Of a DNA stretch of 64,000 nucleotides, positions 9,270-18,675 are shown piece after piece. The notes beneath the pieces are model-generated. The model worked only from the letters and a program-made list of their open reading frames with translations. It was not told where the DNA came from and searched no databases. The DNA is taken from positions 1,981,489-2,045,488 of the forward strand of contig CBDBEC010000002.1 in the NCBI GenBank assembly GCA_965204275.1, given 5' to 3'. Made by a program: the position numbers and the translations under genes. This DNA is from Longimicrobiales bacterium. GTDB lineage: Bacteria > Gemmatimonadota > Gemmatimonadetes > Longimicrobiales > Gaopeijiaceae. Position 1 is the first letter of the stretch, and each line of letters starts with the position of its first letter.

Positions 9270-9387
9270 TATGGATTGTGGTCAATAGATCGGTGATCGT
9301 GGATCCGGCCGCGGGGGTTACCGAACCGGTCGGCGCCCGTTACGGGCGCGGGTGGCTGGTGCTCGCGGCAGCTCCATCCACGGACCG

Positions 9388-12300
9388 CTAGAAAGCGTTC
9401 CCGATCCGGATGTAGAAGACCGGGTCGCCTTCGATCACCGGGACTTCGGTGTCCACCAGCGGGAATCCGGCCCCGAAGCGCAACGTGAGTCCGCGCTGGT
9501 AGACCGGGACCACGATCACCGACACCTCCGCTCCGACGCTCATGAGCACGTCCTGCTTCGGGTTGTCGTAGCGGGGCTCGCTCTCGCCCAGATCGGGCCC
9601 CCAGGCGTTACCCGCGTCGACGAACACCGAGCCGTGGAACCTGTCGAAGAAGAGGGGCAGCGGCCCCAGACCGCGATCGATCAGCAGGACCGGGAAGCGG
9701 TACTCGGCGCTCGCGGTCCAGGCCACCTGCCCGTAGCGCACGTCCGTGGGGTAGCCCCGGATGGGGAGCAGGCGGGCCGAGCCGCCGAAGAGGCCGAACC
9801 CGGTCAACCCCTCCGGTGTGCCCTCGGCTCCTCCGACGCCGAAATGGTACTGGTCGGCGCCCGGCCCGTAGCCCTTGCCCGCCGAGAAGCGCAAGGCCAG
9901 CACATGGTTGGCGAACCCGCCGGCACGGAAGCCCTTGTATGCCGAGACCTCGCCGGTCAGCTCCTGGAAGCTCCGGTCCTCGCGGCGCTTGCCGCGCATC
10001 TCCGATTCCAGTCCCCCCTCCCGCTGCGTCCGCGCGCTCAGCCACCCGCTGACCCCGTCCTCGCGTGAGAGGGAAAAGGCCCGTCGCTGCGCGTTGGAGG
10101 CCGAGAGCGTGGCCCGCAGCTGGGTGAAGTCGGTCTCGTGGAAGCGTGACGGAATGAAATCCTGTGGGCCCTCCTCCCCCTGCAGATCCTGCAGAGTCAG
10201 ATACTCGCGCACAAGGCTGCCGCTGAGCGCAAAGCCGATCACGCTCCGGTAACGGGCTCTCTGGAACGAAGCCGAGAGGGTGGTCCACCTTTCCCGTTCC
10301 ATCAGGAAGTATTCCTGCAGGTCCCCCGAGACGCGGACGGAGTCCGTGCGGGACCGGGCGTCGTGGCTCTGGCCGCCGGAGAGCCCCAGCACCGGGTTGC
10401 CCAGTCCGTAGTACGAGTACCCGAAGTTGCCCGTGAAGCGCTTCCCGTCGAGAGAGACGCGCGCGTCGAGCGAGTAGTGGTGCCGCCCGACGATGTCCTC
10501 ACCCTCGGTCGCCAACCCGATGAACGGCTCGAAGACCGTGTAGCGCATTCTGTCCACCACGCTGGTCCCCTGCTCCGCCGCCGTGAACAGGGGTCTCCAA
10601 TGGTAGGGGCGGAGCGTGGGCAGGGCCCGGTAGTTCCTGTCGTCACCGGTAATGTCGGCGGCCTCCGCCGGGGGCGCGGCGGTCTCTGCAAATCGCTCGT
10701 GCAGCGGCTGGGGGGTGAACCACTCCTCCGGCGCGAAGGGGATCCGCTCGATGTGCCACCCGTCGTAGTGGTAGGAGGAGAAGTGGATCCAGCGGCCGCC
10801 GGGATCCACCGAGGGGTGCATGGCTCCGCCGAGCACGTTCGTGACCTGGCGGATTTCGGGGTCGCCGCCGGCGGGGACGGTCGCCGCGAAGAGATTCGGG
10901 ATCCCCGTGCGGTCGGAGGACCACAGGAGCATGGTGCCGTCGGGGGTCCAGTAGGGGTTGGTGTCGACGGCGCGGTCGTTCGTCACCCGGGTGGTCACCG
11001 TGCCGGTCGTGTCCAGGATGACGATGTCCATCATGCCGGGCGCCATCCAGCGCACCCCGGCGATGCGGCTCCCGTCGGGGGACCAGCGCGGATAGGCCCA
11101 GTGCGTGCCCGGGCCGGGCTCCGTGAGCGGCGTGACATCGCCCGTGCCCAGGTCGACCAGCACCAGCCGGTTCGTGCCGCCGCCCTCCTGCACGGCGATG
11201 GCCCGCTCCCCGTCCGGCGCGACGTCCGCGGAGGTGAGGCGGCGGCCCCGCGTCAGGCGGTCCACCCATCCGTCGAGCGTGACCCGGTAGAGGTCCATCG
11301 TGAGGCGGTAGGGATCGGTGAATTCGAACTGGGAGAACACCAGTGTCCCGTCCGGGCTCCAGGACAGGCTGCCGTCCACCCCGTTGAGCCGGGTGAGGCG
11401 GCGGGACCCGCTGCCGTCGGGTCCGGACACCCGGATCTGCGCGGCGTCGACTCCGTCCGCCCTGGCGAAGGCGAGCGTCTCCCCGTCCGGCGACATCATG
11501 GCCTGCCGGGCCAGGCGGCCCGCGCCCTCGACCTTTTCGCCGGCCGTGATGGGAGCCGACTCCGCGAGGCGGGCGGCCAGGGCGCGGTACTCTTCCGCGC
11601 TCGTACGGCGCCAGCTCTCCCAGCTTTCGCCGATCCCGCTCCCGAAGGCATCGTGCGCGGCCGCGCTCATTCGATACGGGACCACGAGCCCCGCCACGGA
11701 ACGGGCGAAGTCGCCCAGCGACTCCTCGCCGTGCAGCCCGGCCATGTGGTCCAGGTAGTGCGCCCCGTACGCGTAGGGACGGTAGCCGCCCGGCCACACC
11801 GGCGAGCTCCCCGAAACCTGGTCCACCTCGTCGAAGGACGCCTCCAGGGCGGCGGTGCGCAGCACCATGTCCTGCCAGGTTCCCTTGACCCGCCCCGCAC
11901 CGGTCAGTTCCGACTCGAAATAGGTGGCCAGCCCCTCGAGCACCCAGGAAGGCGACGAACTCGAGGGAAAGATCGGCCAGGTCCCCGGGGGCCGGCCGAA
12001 GATGGCGCGGATCACCTTGCCGGCCAGTCCGGTCATGTCGAGCTGGAAGGTGTGGACCAGCTCGTGGGTGATTACCAGTTCCAGCCAGTCGTCGAAGTAC
12101 GAGAGACTGCCGCCGTCCATGGGCGGGCGCACGAGGACGACGATCCGGTTGTAGGGGAACGGGGAGGCCAGACCGTTCGAGAAGTCCGCGTGATCGCTGA
12201 GAAGGAGCTGGACGCGGCCCGGCGGGGACTCGACGAAGCGCTCGTCGAGGAGGGCGTAGGCCCGTTCGGCGCTGGTGGCCGCGCGCGTGGCCAGCTGCCC

Positions 12301-12447
12301 GAGTCCGTCCGGATAGGTGACGACGAAGTGCTCGGTGGTGAGCTGGCGCCAGTCCTCGTCGGGCGGGACGGCCTGGGCCGCGGCGGGGCGGGCGGGTGCA
12401 ACGACCAGGAGGAGGGTGATGGAGAGGGGTAGGGCTCTGTGTCTCAT
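9388..12447 (-). CDS. outer-membrane protein: N-terminal zincin-like domain, TolB/PD40 beta-propeller, C-terminal Omp85/surface-antigen-like barrel
   Basis: Signal peptide MRHRALPLSITLLLVVAPARPAAAQA. HExxH in ITHELVHTF. Repeated (W)SPDG/APDG/WTPDG propeller motifs. C-terminus ...FYIRIGNAF ends in an aromatic residue, as in OMPs. Confidence 0.8.
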   Translation of the reverse strand: MRHRALPLSITLLLVVAPARPAAAQAVPPDEDWRQLTTEHFVVTYPDGLGQLATRAATSAERAYALLDERFVESPPGRVQLLLSDHADFSNGLASPFPYNRIVVLVRPPMDGGSLSYFDDWLELVITHELVHTFQLDMTGLAGKVIRAIFGRPPGTWPIFPSSSSPSWVLEGLATYFESELTGAGRVKGTWQDMVLRTAALEASFDEVDQVSGSSPVWPGGYRPYAYGAHYLDHMAGLHGEESLGDFARSVAGLVVPYRMSAAAHDAFGSGIGESWESWRRTSAEEYRALAARLAESAPITAGEKVEGAGRLARQAMMSPDGETLAFARADGVDAAQIRVSGPDGSGSRRLTRLNGVDGSLSWSPDGTLVFSQFEFTDPYRLTMDLYRVTLDGWVDRLTRGRRLTSADVAPDGERAIAVQEGGGTNRLVLVDLGTGDVTPLTEPGPGTHWAYPRWSPDGSRIAGVRWMAPGMMDIVILDTTGTVTTRVTNDRAVDTNPYWTPDGTMLLWSSDRTGIPNLFAATVPAGGDPEIRQVTNVLGGAMHPSVDPGGRWIHFSSYHYDGWHIERIPFAPEEWFTPQPLHERFAETAAPPAEAADITGDDRNYRALPTLRPYHWRPLFTAAEQGTSVVDRMRYTVFEPFIGLATEGEDIVGRHHYSLDARVSLDGKRFTGNFGYSYYGLGNPVLGLSGGQSHDARSRTDSVRVSGDLQEYFLMERERWTTLSASFQRARYRSVIGFALSGSLVREYLTLQDLQGEEGPQDFIPSRFHETDFTQLRATLSASNAQRRAFSLSREDGVSGWLSARTQREGGLESEMRGKRREDRSFQELTGEVSAYKGFRAGGFANHVLALRFSAGKGYGPGADQYHFGVGGAEGTPEGLTGFGLFGGSARLLPIRGYPTDVRYGQVAWTASAEYRFPVLLIDRGLGPLPLFFDRFHGSVFVDAGNAWGPDLGESEPRYDNPKQDVLMSVGAEVSVIVVPVYQRGLTLRFGAGFPLVDTEVPVIEGDPVFYIRIGNAF

Positions 12448-12491
12448 GGAGGCGGTTCCATCGGGGATTGGTGCGCGCCGCTGCTCACCGA

Positions 12492-13448
12492 TTATCGGGC
12501 ACCCGTGCTGCCCCCGCCAGTCTCCGTTCCGGCCGCACCGTCACGGGGGAGCGCGGCGATCACTCCACGCACGCGCGCAAGCGCCGCCCGTGCCTCGTCC
12601 GCCCCCACCCCCAGCCGCCGCATGGCCAGCGCGGTCTTCACATGGCCCCCCGCCGCCTCCAGCAGCCCGCGCGCCGCCGCGCGGTCGAGCCCGAGCGTCG
12701 CCATCAGGATGCGTTCGCCGCGGTCCTGCAGCTTGGCGCAGGTTACCCGCAGGTCCACCATCAGGTTCCCGTGGACCTTGCCGAAGCGCACCATCGCGGC
12801 GGTGGTGATCGTGTTCAGCACCATCTTGGTCGCGGTCCCCGCCTTCATGCGCGTCGACCCGGTGACGACCTCCGGTCCGGTCAGCGGGGCGATCACAACG
12901 TCGTGCGCGTCCAGGAGTTCCCTGCTCGGGGGCGTGCACAGCAGCAGTCCCGTGCGGGCGCCCCGCTCGCTCGCGCGGGCCAGCGCCCCGTGCACGTACG
13001 GCGTGGTCCCGGACGTGGCTATCCCGAGCACCACGTCGGTGGCGCCGACTCCCTTCTCGTCCATGGCCGCGGCCCCGTCTTCCGGATGGTCCTCCGCCCC
13101 CTCGCACGAGCGCACCAGGGCCCCGAAGCCCCCCGCGATCACCCCCTGGACCATTTCGGGATCGGTGCCGTAGGTGGGCGGCATCTCGGCGGCGTCGAGC
13201 ACGCCCAGGCGCCCCGATGTGCCCGCACCGACGTAGATCAGGCGCCCCCCGGACCGGAACGCCGCCACCGCCAGGTCCACCGCCCGGGCGATCGCCTCCG
13301 CCTCACGCTCCACGGCCCGCGCCACCGTTCGGTCCTCCCGGCTGATGAGCCGCACGATCTCCAGTGAAGCGAGGCGGTCCACCTCCTCGCTGCGCGGGTT
13401 CCGTTGCTCTGTCAGCCGGTCATCCAACATCTTTAGCCTTCCCGCCAA
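12492..13448 (-). CDS. murQ: N-acetylmuramic acid 6-phosphate etherase
   Basis: SIS-domain protein with the MurQ-typical N-terminus LTEQRNPRSEEVDRL and GAGTSGRLGVLDAAEMPPT. Start may be 13448 or 13430. Confidence 0.85.
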   Translation of the reverse strand: MAGRLKMLDDRLTEQRNPRSEEVDRLASLEIVRLISREDRTVARAVEREAEAIARAVDLAVAAFRSGGRLIYVGAGTSGRLGVLDAAEMPPTYGTDPEMVQGVIAGGFGALVRSCEGAEDHPEDGAAAMDEKGVGATDVVLGIATSGTTPYVHGALARASERGARTGLLLCTPPSRELLDAHDVVIAPLTGPEVVTGSTRMKAGTATKMVLNTITTAAMVRFGKVHGNLMVDLRVTCAKLQDRGERILMATLGLDRAAARGLLEAAGGHVKTALAMRRLGVGADEARAALARVRGVIAALPRDGAAGTETGGGSTGAR

Positions 13449-13475
13449 CCGTGGGTGAACGCCACCCGGAAGCTA

Positions 13476-14326
13476 GAACCTATCTCAAAAACCCCTTGGG
13501 GCTTGTGCACGGTATTGTCGGGGGTTAGTTTTGGTGCATGCTGAAGCTCACGGACGACCAGTGGAACCGGATCCGGCATCACTTCCCCGAGGAGAATCGG
13601 CCGAAGGGGCAGCGGGGACGCCCGCCGGTGCCGGCGCGGCAGGTCCTGGAAGCCGTGCTTTGGATTCTGAAGACGGGGGCCCAGTGGCACATGCTGCCGC
13701 AGTGCTATCCGAACTACAAGACGGTGCACCGGCGATTCCAGGCGTGGTGCCGCGACGAGGTGCTGGCGGACGTGCTCGAGGATCTGGCGTCCGAACTCCG
13801 GGAAGTCCGGGTGATCGACGGGTCGGAGGCGTTCATTGACGCGTCGTTCGCCCGCGCCAAGGGCGGAGGGGACGGCGTGGGGCTCACGAAGGCCGGAAAA
13901 GGCGTGAAGATCATGGCGATCGTGGACCGTTGCGGCCTTCCACTGTCCGTCGGGACGCACTCGGCCCAGCGGCACGAGGCCAGGCTCGTCCAGCTGAGCC
14001 TCGATCTGGTCTTCGTGGACGACCTCCCGGAGAATCTGGTCGGCGACAAGGCGTATGACAGCGATCCGCTGGACGGGGATCTCAGGAAGCAGGGAGTCGA
14101 GATGATCGCGCCCCACCGGAAGAACCGGACGCGGGCGAAGACGCAGGACGGACGCCGCCTGCGCAGGTACAAGCGGCGGTGGATCGTGGAGCGGTTCTTC
14201 GCCTGGATCCAGTGGAACCGCCGCGTCCTCATCCGGTGGGAGTATCACGCCGAGAACTTCCTCGGGTTCGTCCAGCTGGCCGCGCTATGCCTCCTGCTCA
14301 AGCCGCTTTATTATTGAGATAGGTTC
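13476..14326 (+). mobile_element. IS5-family insertion sequence, copy 2 (851 bp), flanked by TA
   Basis: Same ends and internal sequence as 780-1630; all overlapping ORF translations are identical. TA at 13474-13475 and 14327-14328. Confidence 0.9.
13538..14317 (+). CDS. IS5-family DDE transposase (identical to 842-1621)
   Basis: The 259-aa translation is identical to copy 1. Confidence 0.9.
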   Translation: MLKLTDDQWNRIRHHFPEENRPKGQRGRPPVPARQVLEAVLWILKTGAQWHMLPQCYPNYKTVHRRFQAWCRDEVLADVLEDLASELREVRVIDGSEAFIDASFARAKGGGDGVGLTKAGKGVKIMAIVDRCGLPLSVGTHSAQRHEARLVQLSLDLVFVDDLPENLVGDKAYDSDPLDGDLRKQGVEMIAPHRKNRTRAKTQDGRRLRRYKRRWIVERFFAWIQWNRRVLIRWEYHAENFLGFVQLAALCLLLKPLYY

Positions 14327-14366
14327 TAACCATCTTCACGGACCCCGAAGGGAGTCCCGCAACCCG

Positions 14367-15284
14367 ATGCCGAACCCTGCGCCGGAACACTCGTGCGACT
14401 TCTGCGGCGGCCGGTCGGTCTCCACCCGCTACGATTTCGGCCGGCACCGGATCCTCCGCTGCCGCGGATGCACCTTCATGTGGCTCGACCCGCAACCGTC
14501 GGAGGCCGAGTTGCACGAAGTCTACGGCTCCGACTACTACCGCAACCGGCGTTTCTTCGACGGGGACGGGACGATCTACGGGTACTTCGACTGCTTCTCG
14601 GAGCACCCGGCCAAGGAATTCGACAACCGGCGCATCCTGGACCGGCTCACCCGGCTCCTCGAACCGCCCGGTTCGAACGGCCGCCGGTTTCTGGACGTGG
14701 GATGCGGCCTGGGCCACCTGATGAATGCCGCCAGCCGCCGCGGCTACCGGGTGCAGGGTATCGACTACAACCTCGCCGCCACCGAGTGGATCGCCGACAC
14801 CTACGGGTTCCCGGCCTTCTGCGGCGACTTCATGGAGTACCAGGGAGAGGCCAGCGACGCGGTGGCCATGCTGGACGTGATCGAACACCTGCCCCGTCCG
14901 CTGGCGGCCCTGGAAAAGGCCCGCTCCCTGACCAGGCCGGGCGGGGTCTTCGTGCTCTCGACCATGGACTCCGATTCGCTGGTGTCCCGCCTGGTCGGCA
15001 AGAGGCTGGAGGATTTCCGGCGCACCCGCGAGCACCTGTACTTCTTCAACCGCGCCACCATTCGCAAGGCCCTCCGGCGGGCCGGGTTCGAGGTGCTGCG
15101 GATCGACTCGCACGGGCTCACGATCCGGATGGACTTCCTGGCACAGCGGGTCCGGCTGGCGTACCCGCGGGCCGGAGCCGCGCTGGAGCGCATGGTGCGG
15201 TGGCTGCGCCTTTCCGACCGGAAGCTGCACTTCGATCCGCGCACCAAGATGATCGTGTACGCGCGCAGGCCGGCCGGCTCGTGA
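14367..15284 (+). CDS. class I SAM-dependent methyltransferase with N-terminal zinc-ribbon-like CxxC...CxxC
   Basis: Motif I LDVGCGLGHLM. N-terminal CDFCGG...RCRGC. Confidence 0.8.
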   Translation: MPNPAPEHSCDFCGGRSVSTRYDFGRHRILRCRGCTFMWLDPQPSEAELHEVYGSDYYRNRRFFDGDGTIYGYFDCFSEHPAKEFDNRRILDRLTRLLEPPGSNGRRFLDVGCGLGHLMNAASRRGYRVQGIDYNLAATEWIADTYGFPAFCGDFMEYQGEASDAVAMLDVIEHLPRPLAALEKARSLTRPGGVFVLSTMDSDSLVSRLVGKRLEDFRRTREHLYFFNRATIRKALRRAGFEVLRIDSHGLTIRMDFLAQRVRLAYPRAGAALERMVRWLRLSDRKLHFDPRTKMIVYARRPAGS

Positions 15285-16873
15285 AAGGCGACCGCGCGAC
15301 CCTCGTCCGGTTCTCCGACCGGGTGAAGGAACGGGTCCCCATTGTGACCGCGGGTCTGGTCGTCTTCCACATCCTGCTGTGCGCCGCACTCTTCGAGCCC
15401 AAGATCCACACCGGGGGCGACAGCGTCACCTACGTCCTGCTCGCCGAGAGCCTGCTCACGCCGGGCGACGGCTACTCGCTGTCCATCGACCCCGGACCTC
15501 CGCAGGCCCACACCAAGTACCCCCCGGGCTACCCCGCGGCGCTCGCGCCGCTGGTGGCGGCCTTCGGACGGAACTTCGTGGTGCTCAAGCTGCTGTCGCT
15601 GGTCTTCACGGCCGGCGCCGTCCTGGTCTTCTGCCGTTACGCCCTGAGGGGGCGGGAGCCGGTGCTCTGGTTCTTCCTCGCGCTGGCCTTCGCGGTCAGT
15701 CCCGGGGTGATCGACTACTCGCGCTGGATGCTGAGCGAGGCCCCCTTCCTCTTCTTCACGCTGCTGGCGCTGTGGCAGCTGGACGAGGACCGCTCCGGCG
15801 AAGGGATGGGCCGGGCGTTCTGGCTGGGGCTGGCCGCGGCCGTGATCGGCTTCTACGTGCGGTCGATCGGCGCCCTGCTGCTGGCCGCGGCGTCGCTCTC
15901 CTACCTGGTTCGGCGCGAGTGGCGGAAGTTCTTCGTGCACGGAGCCGTCGGGGCGGGTCTGACCATCCCGTGGCTCGTCCGCAACAGGATGGTCTCGGAG
16001 AGCGCGACCCCATACCTGGAGGAGTTCCTGCTGGGCAACGTGTACGAGCCCGAAGCCGGATACCTCGACCTTGGGGGGATGGTGGAGCGGTTCTTCGAGA
16101 ACGCCCTGCTCTACGGCACGCGGGAGCTTCCCCGGGCCCTTGCGGGGTCCGACAGCGGCTGGGCCGCGACCCCGCCGGTCGTCCTGGTCGCCGTGGTGGT
16201 GTGCGCCCTGGTCCTCTGCGGACTGGTCCGGGCGCTGCGCCGGCGGCCGGCCGCCCCGGAGTTCTATTTCCTTCTGACCTGCCTGGCGATCATGCTCTTC
16301 CAGACGAGCGTGAACGACGTGCGTTACCTGGTTCCGCTCATTCCCCTGATCCTGGTCTACCTGAGCCAGGGGGCCGCCATGCTGGCCGGGGTTTCCCGGG
16401 GATTCCTGCCCGCGCGTCTTCCCGTCGTGGTCACCGCCGCCCTCGCCGCACTTGCGGCGGGATCCCAGGCGGCCCGGATTCCCGCCAACCTCGACATGAT
16501 CGCCCGGTACCAGGCCGGCGACCGCTACGCCGGCTACCACCCCGCCTGGGGCACCTTCTTCGATGCCGCCCGCTGGCTCGACTTCAACACGCCGGCCGAC
16601 GCCACGGTGACCGTGCGCAAGCCGCGCCTCTTCCACGCTCTGGCGGACCGCCGGGCGTTGATCTATCCGTTCAGCACCGAAGCCGACAGCGTACTCCGGG
16701 TCGTACGGGAGACGGACTACGTGTTGATCGATGCCCTGTTTCCGACCACACGCCGCTATCTCGTGCCGGCCCTGCAGAGTCGGCCGGACGATTTCGACCT
16801 GGTTCATCAGACACGAGAACCCGTCACCTGGGTCCTGAGAGTGAAAGATGCCGCTCACCCACCGAATCCGTAG
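15281..16873 (+). CDS. polytopic membrane glycosyltransferase (GT39/ArnT-like)
   Basis: The GTG at 15281 overlaps the upstream stop (GTGA). Many TM segments. The YPPGYPAALAP loop is typical of ArnT/PMT-like enzymes. The start is inferred inside a longer ORF. Confidence 0.7.
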   Translation: MKGDRATLVRFSDRVKERVPIVTAGLVVFHILLCAALFEPKIHTGGDSVTYVLLAESLLTPGDGYSLSIDPGPPQAHTKYPPGYPAALAPLVAAFGRNFVVLKLLSLVFTAGAVLVFCRYALRGREPVLWFFLALAFAVSPGVIDYSRWMLSEAPFLFFTLLALWQLDEDRSGEGMGRAFWLGLAAAVIGFYVRSIGALLLAAASLSYLVRREWRKFFVHGAVGAGLTIPWLVRNRMVSESATPYLEEFLLGNVYEPEAGYLDLGGMVERFFENALLYGTRELPRALAGSDSGWAATPPVVLVAVVVCALVLCGLVRALRRRPAAPEFYFLLTCLAIMLFQTSVNDVRYLVPLIPLILVYLSQGAAMLAGVSRGFLPARLPVVVTAALAALAAGSQAARIPANLDMIARYQAGDRYAGYHPAWGTFFDAARWLDFNTPADATVTVRKPRLFHALADRRALIYPFSTEADSVLRVVRETDYVLIDALFPTTRRYLVPALQSRPDDFDLVHQTREPVTWVLRVKDAAHPPNP

Positions 16874-18665
16874 CCGGAACGCCCCCCTGCGCGGCGCGGC
16901 CCCGGCGCTCCTCCTTCTCGCGCTGCCGGGCTGCGAGCCCCGCACCACCGCAAGCGACTTCGCGCGGGCGGGCGGGTCCTTCCCGGACGGCTGGCCCTTC
17001 CCCCCCGGCGCCCCGCCGGTCACGGCGCGGGGAGGCATCGTCGCGACCACCGACGAGTACGCCACGCGGGTCGGGCTCGACATCCTCGCCGCCGGCGGCA
17101 ACGCGGTCGACGCGGCGATCGCCACCGGGCTGGCGCTGGCCGTCGTGAACCCGGAGGCGGGGAACCTGGGAGGTGGCGGCTTCATGATGGTGCGCCTGGG
17201 CGACGGCAGCGTCCACGCCCTCGACCACCGCGAGAAGGCCCCGCTCGCCGCCACCCGCGACATGTACCTCGACGGGGAGGGCGACCTCACCGACAAGTCC
17301 GTGCTGGGACACCTGGCGGCGGGGGTGCCGGGAACGGTCGCCGGACTGTGGGAGGCCCACAGGCGCTTCGGCACCATGGATTGGGCCGCCCTGGTGGCAC
17401 CGGCGATCCGCCTGGCCGGAGGGTTCGAGGTCACTACGCGCCTGGTCTCCACCCTCGAGGCGGCCCGCGACCGCATCCTCCTGTTCCCGGCCGGTGCGCG
17501 CATCTTCCTGCCCGGCGGCGAGGTCCCCGCAATCGGGGACACCTTCGCGCAGCCCGGCCTGGCCGCCGTCCTCACCCGGCTCCGCGACCAGGGACCCGAC
17601 GACTTCTACCGCGGCGAGACCGCCAGCCTCATCGCGGCCGAGATGGTGCGGGGCGGCGGCATCATCACGCTGGAGGACCTCGGCCGTTACGAGGCCGTGT
17701 GGCGCACTCCCGTCGCCTTCGGCTACCGCGGCTACACAGCCTACTCCATGCCGCCGCCCTCGTCGGGCGGGGTCACCATGGCCATGATCGCCGGGATGCT
17801 GGAGCGCCGGGACCTGGCCGCGCTGGGGTGGAACACCCCCGAGACCATCCATCTCATGGCCGAGGCGTTCCGGCGGGCCTACGCCGACCGCAACGAATAC
17901 CTGGCCGACCCCGACTTCGTGGACCTGCCGGTCGAGGAACTCACCTCCGGAACGTACGCGGCCGTGCGCGCCGCGACGATCTCGCCCGACCGCGCGACCC
18001 CCTCCAGCGAGGTGCGGCCGGGGCTCGGGGAGTTCCTGGACGAGAGCCACACCACGCACTACGCGGTGGTGGACGCGGCCGGCAATGCGGTGGCGGTCAC
18101 GACCAGTCTGAACCTGTGGTACGGGAACAAGGTCGTGGTGGACGGCGCCGGGTTCTTCCTCAACAACACCATGGACGACTTCTCCGCCAAGCCCGGCACC
18201 CCGAACCAGTTCGGCCTGGTGCAGGGCGAATGGAACGCGGTCGCGCCGGGCAAGCGGATGCTGTCGGCGATGAGTCCCACGATCGTCGAGGACGCGGACG
18301 GGGGGCTCTTCCTGGTGACCGGCACGCCGGGCGGCGCCACCATCATCACGACGGTGCTGCAGACCATAATGAACGTGGTCGACCACGGCATGAACGTGGT
18401 TCAGGCGGTCCACGCGCCCCGCGTGCACCACCAGCACCTGCCCGACCGGATCTTCTTCGAGTACCGGGGGCTGCCCGAAGCCACCGTGCGCGCGCTCGAA
18501 GCCCTGGGTCACACGGTCGAGCAGCGCGACCCCGGACCGCCCGACGCCTACTTCGCCGGCGGGGTGTCGGGCGACGTGCAGCTGATCATGGTCATGCCCG
18601 ACGGTTCGCTCGAGGGGTGGTCGGACCCGCGGCGGGGCGGGATGGCGCTGGGGTTTCGGGAGTAG
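16848..18665 (+). CDS. ggt: gamma-glutamyltranspeptidase
   Basis: Lipoprotein-like signal LLLLALPGC. Autoprocessing site and nucleophile region SHTTHYAVVDAAGNAVAVTTSLN. GTPGGATIITTVLQ near the C-terminus. Confidence 0.9.
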   Translation: MPLTHRIRSRNAPLRGAAPALLLLALPGCEPRTTASDFARAGGSFPDGWPFPPGAPPVTARGGIVATTDEYATRVGLDILAAGGNAVDAAIATGLALAVVNPEAGNLGGGGFMMVRLGDGSVHALDHREKAPLAATRDMYLDGEGDLTDKSVLGHLAAGVPGTVAGLWEAHRRFGTMDWAALVAPAIRLAGGFEVTTRLVSTLEAARDRILLFPAGARIFLPGGEVPAIGDTFAQPGLAAVLTRLRDQGPDDFYRGETASLIAAEMVRGGGIITLEDLGRYEAVWRTPVAFGYRGYTAYSMPPPSSGGVTMAMIAGMLERRDLAALGWNTPETIHLMAEAFRRAYADRNEYLADPDFVDLPVEELTSGTYAAVRAATISPDRATPSSEVRPGLGEFLDESHTTHYAVVDAAGNAVAVTTSLNLWYGNKVVVDGAGFFLNNTMDDFSAKPGTPNQFGLVQGEWNAVAPGKRMLSAMSPTIVEDADGGLFLVTGTPGGATIITTVLQTIMNVVDHGMNVVQAVHAPRVHHQHLPDRIFFEYRGLPEATVRALEALGHTVEQRDPGPPDAYFAGGVSGDVQLIMVMPDGSLEGWSDPRRGGMALGFRE

Positions 18666-18675
18666 GAACGGGCCG

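Noticed and set aside
9266-9281. NrdR box upstream of nrdJ
   Set aside because: It matches only 11/16 positions of the consensus as I recall it, and there is no correctly spaced second box. It is mentioned only as a possibility within the leader finding.
9204-9387. Cobalamin riboswitch in the nrdJ upstream region
   Set aside because: No B12-box-like core could be recognised. B12 riboswitches normally control B12-independent RNRs rather than nrdJ.
780-14326. Calling the IS pair a bona fide composite transposon
   Set aside because: Both copies are individually flanked by TA, the family's target, so the flanks are uninformative. The ORF restored across copy 1 argues for independent insertions, and the cargo is housekeeping. 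It is kept only as a recombination-substrate finding.
14298-17575. Very long ORFs 14801-17575 (-), 15379-17148 (+) and 14298-15389 (-), and the 826-aa form of 14393-16873
   Set aside because: They are out-of-frame or antisense shadows of the methyltransferase, glycosyltransferase and ggt genes. Only the part of 14393-16873 from the GTG at 15281 looks like a membrane protein.
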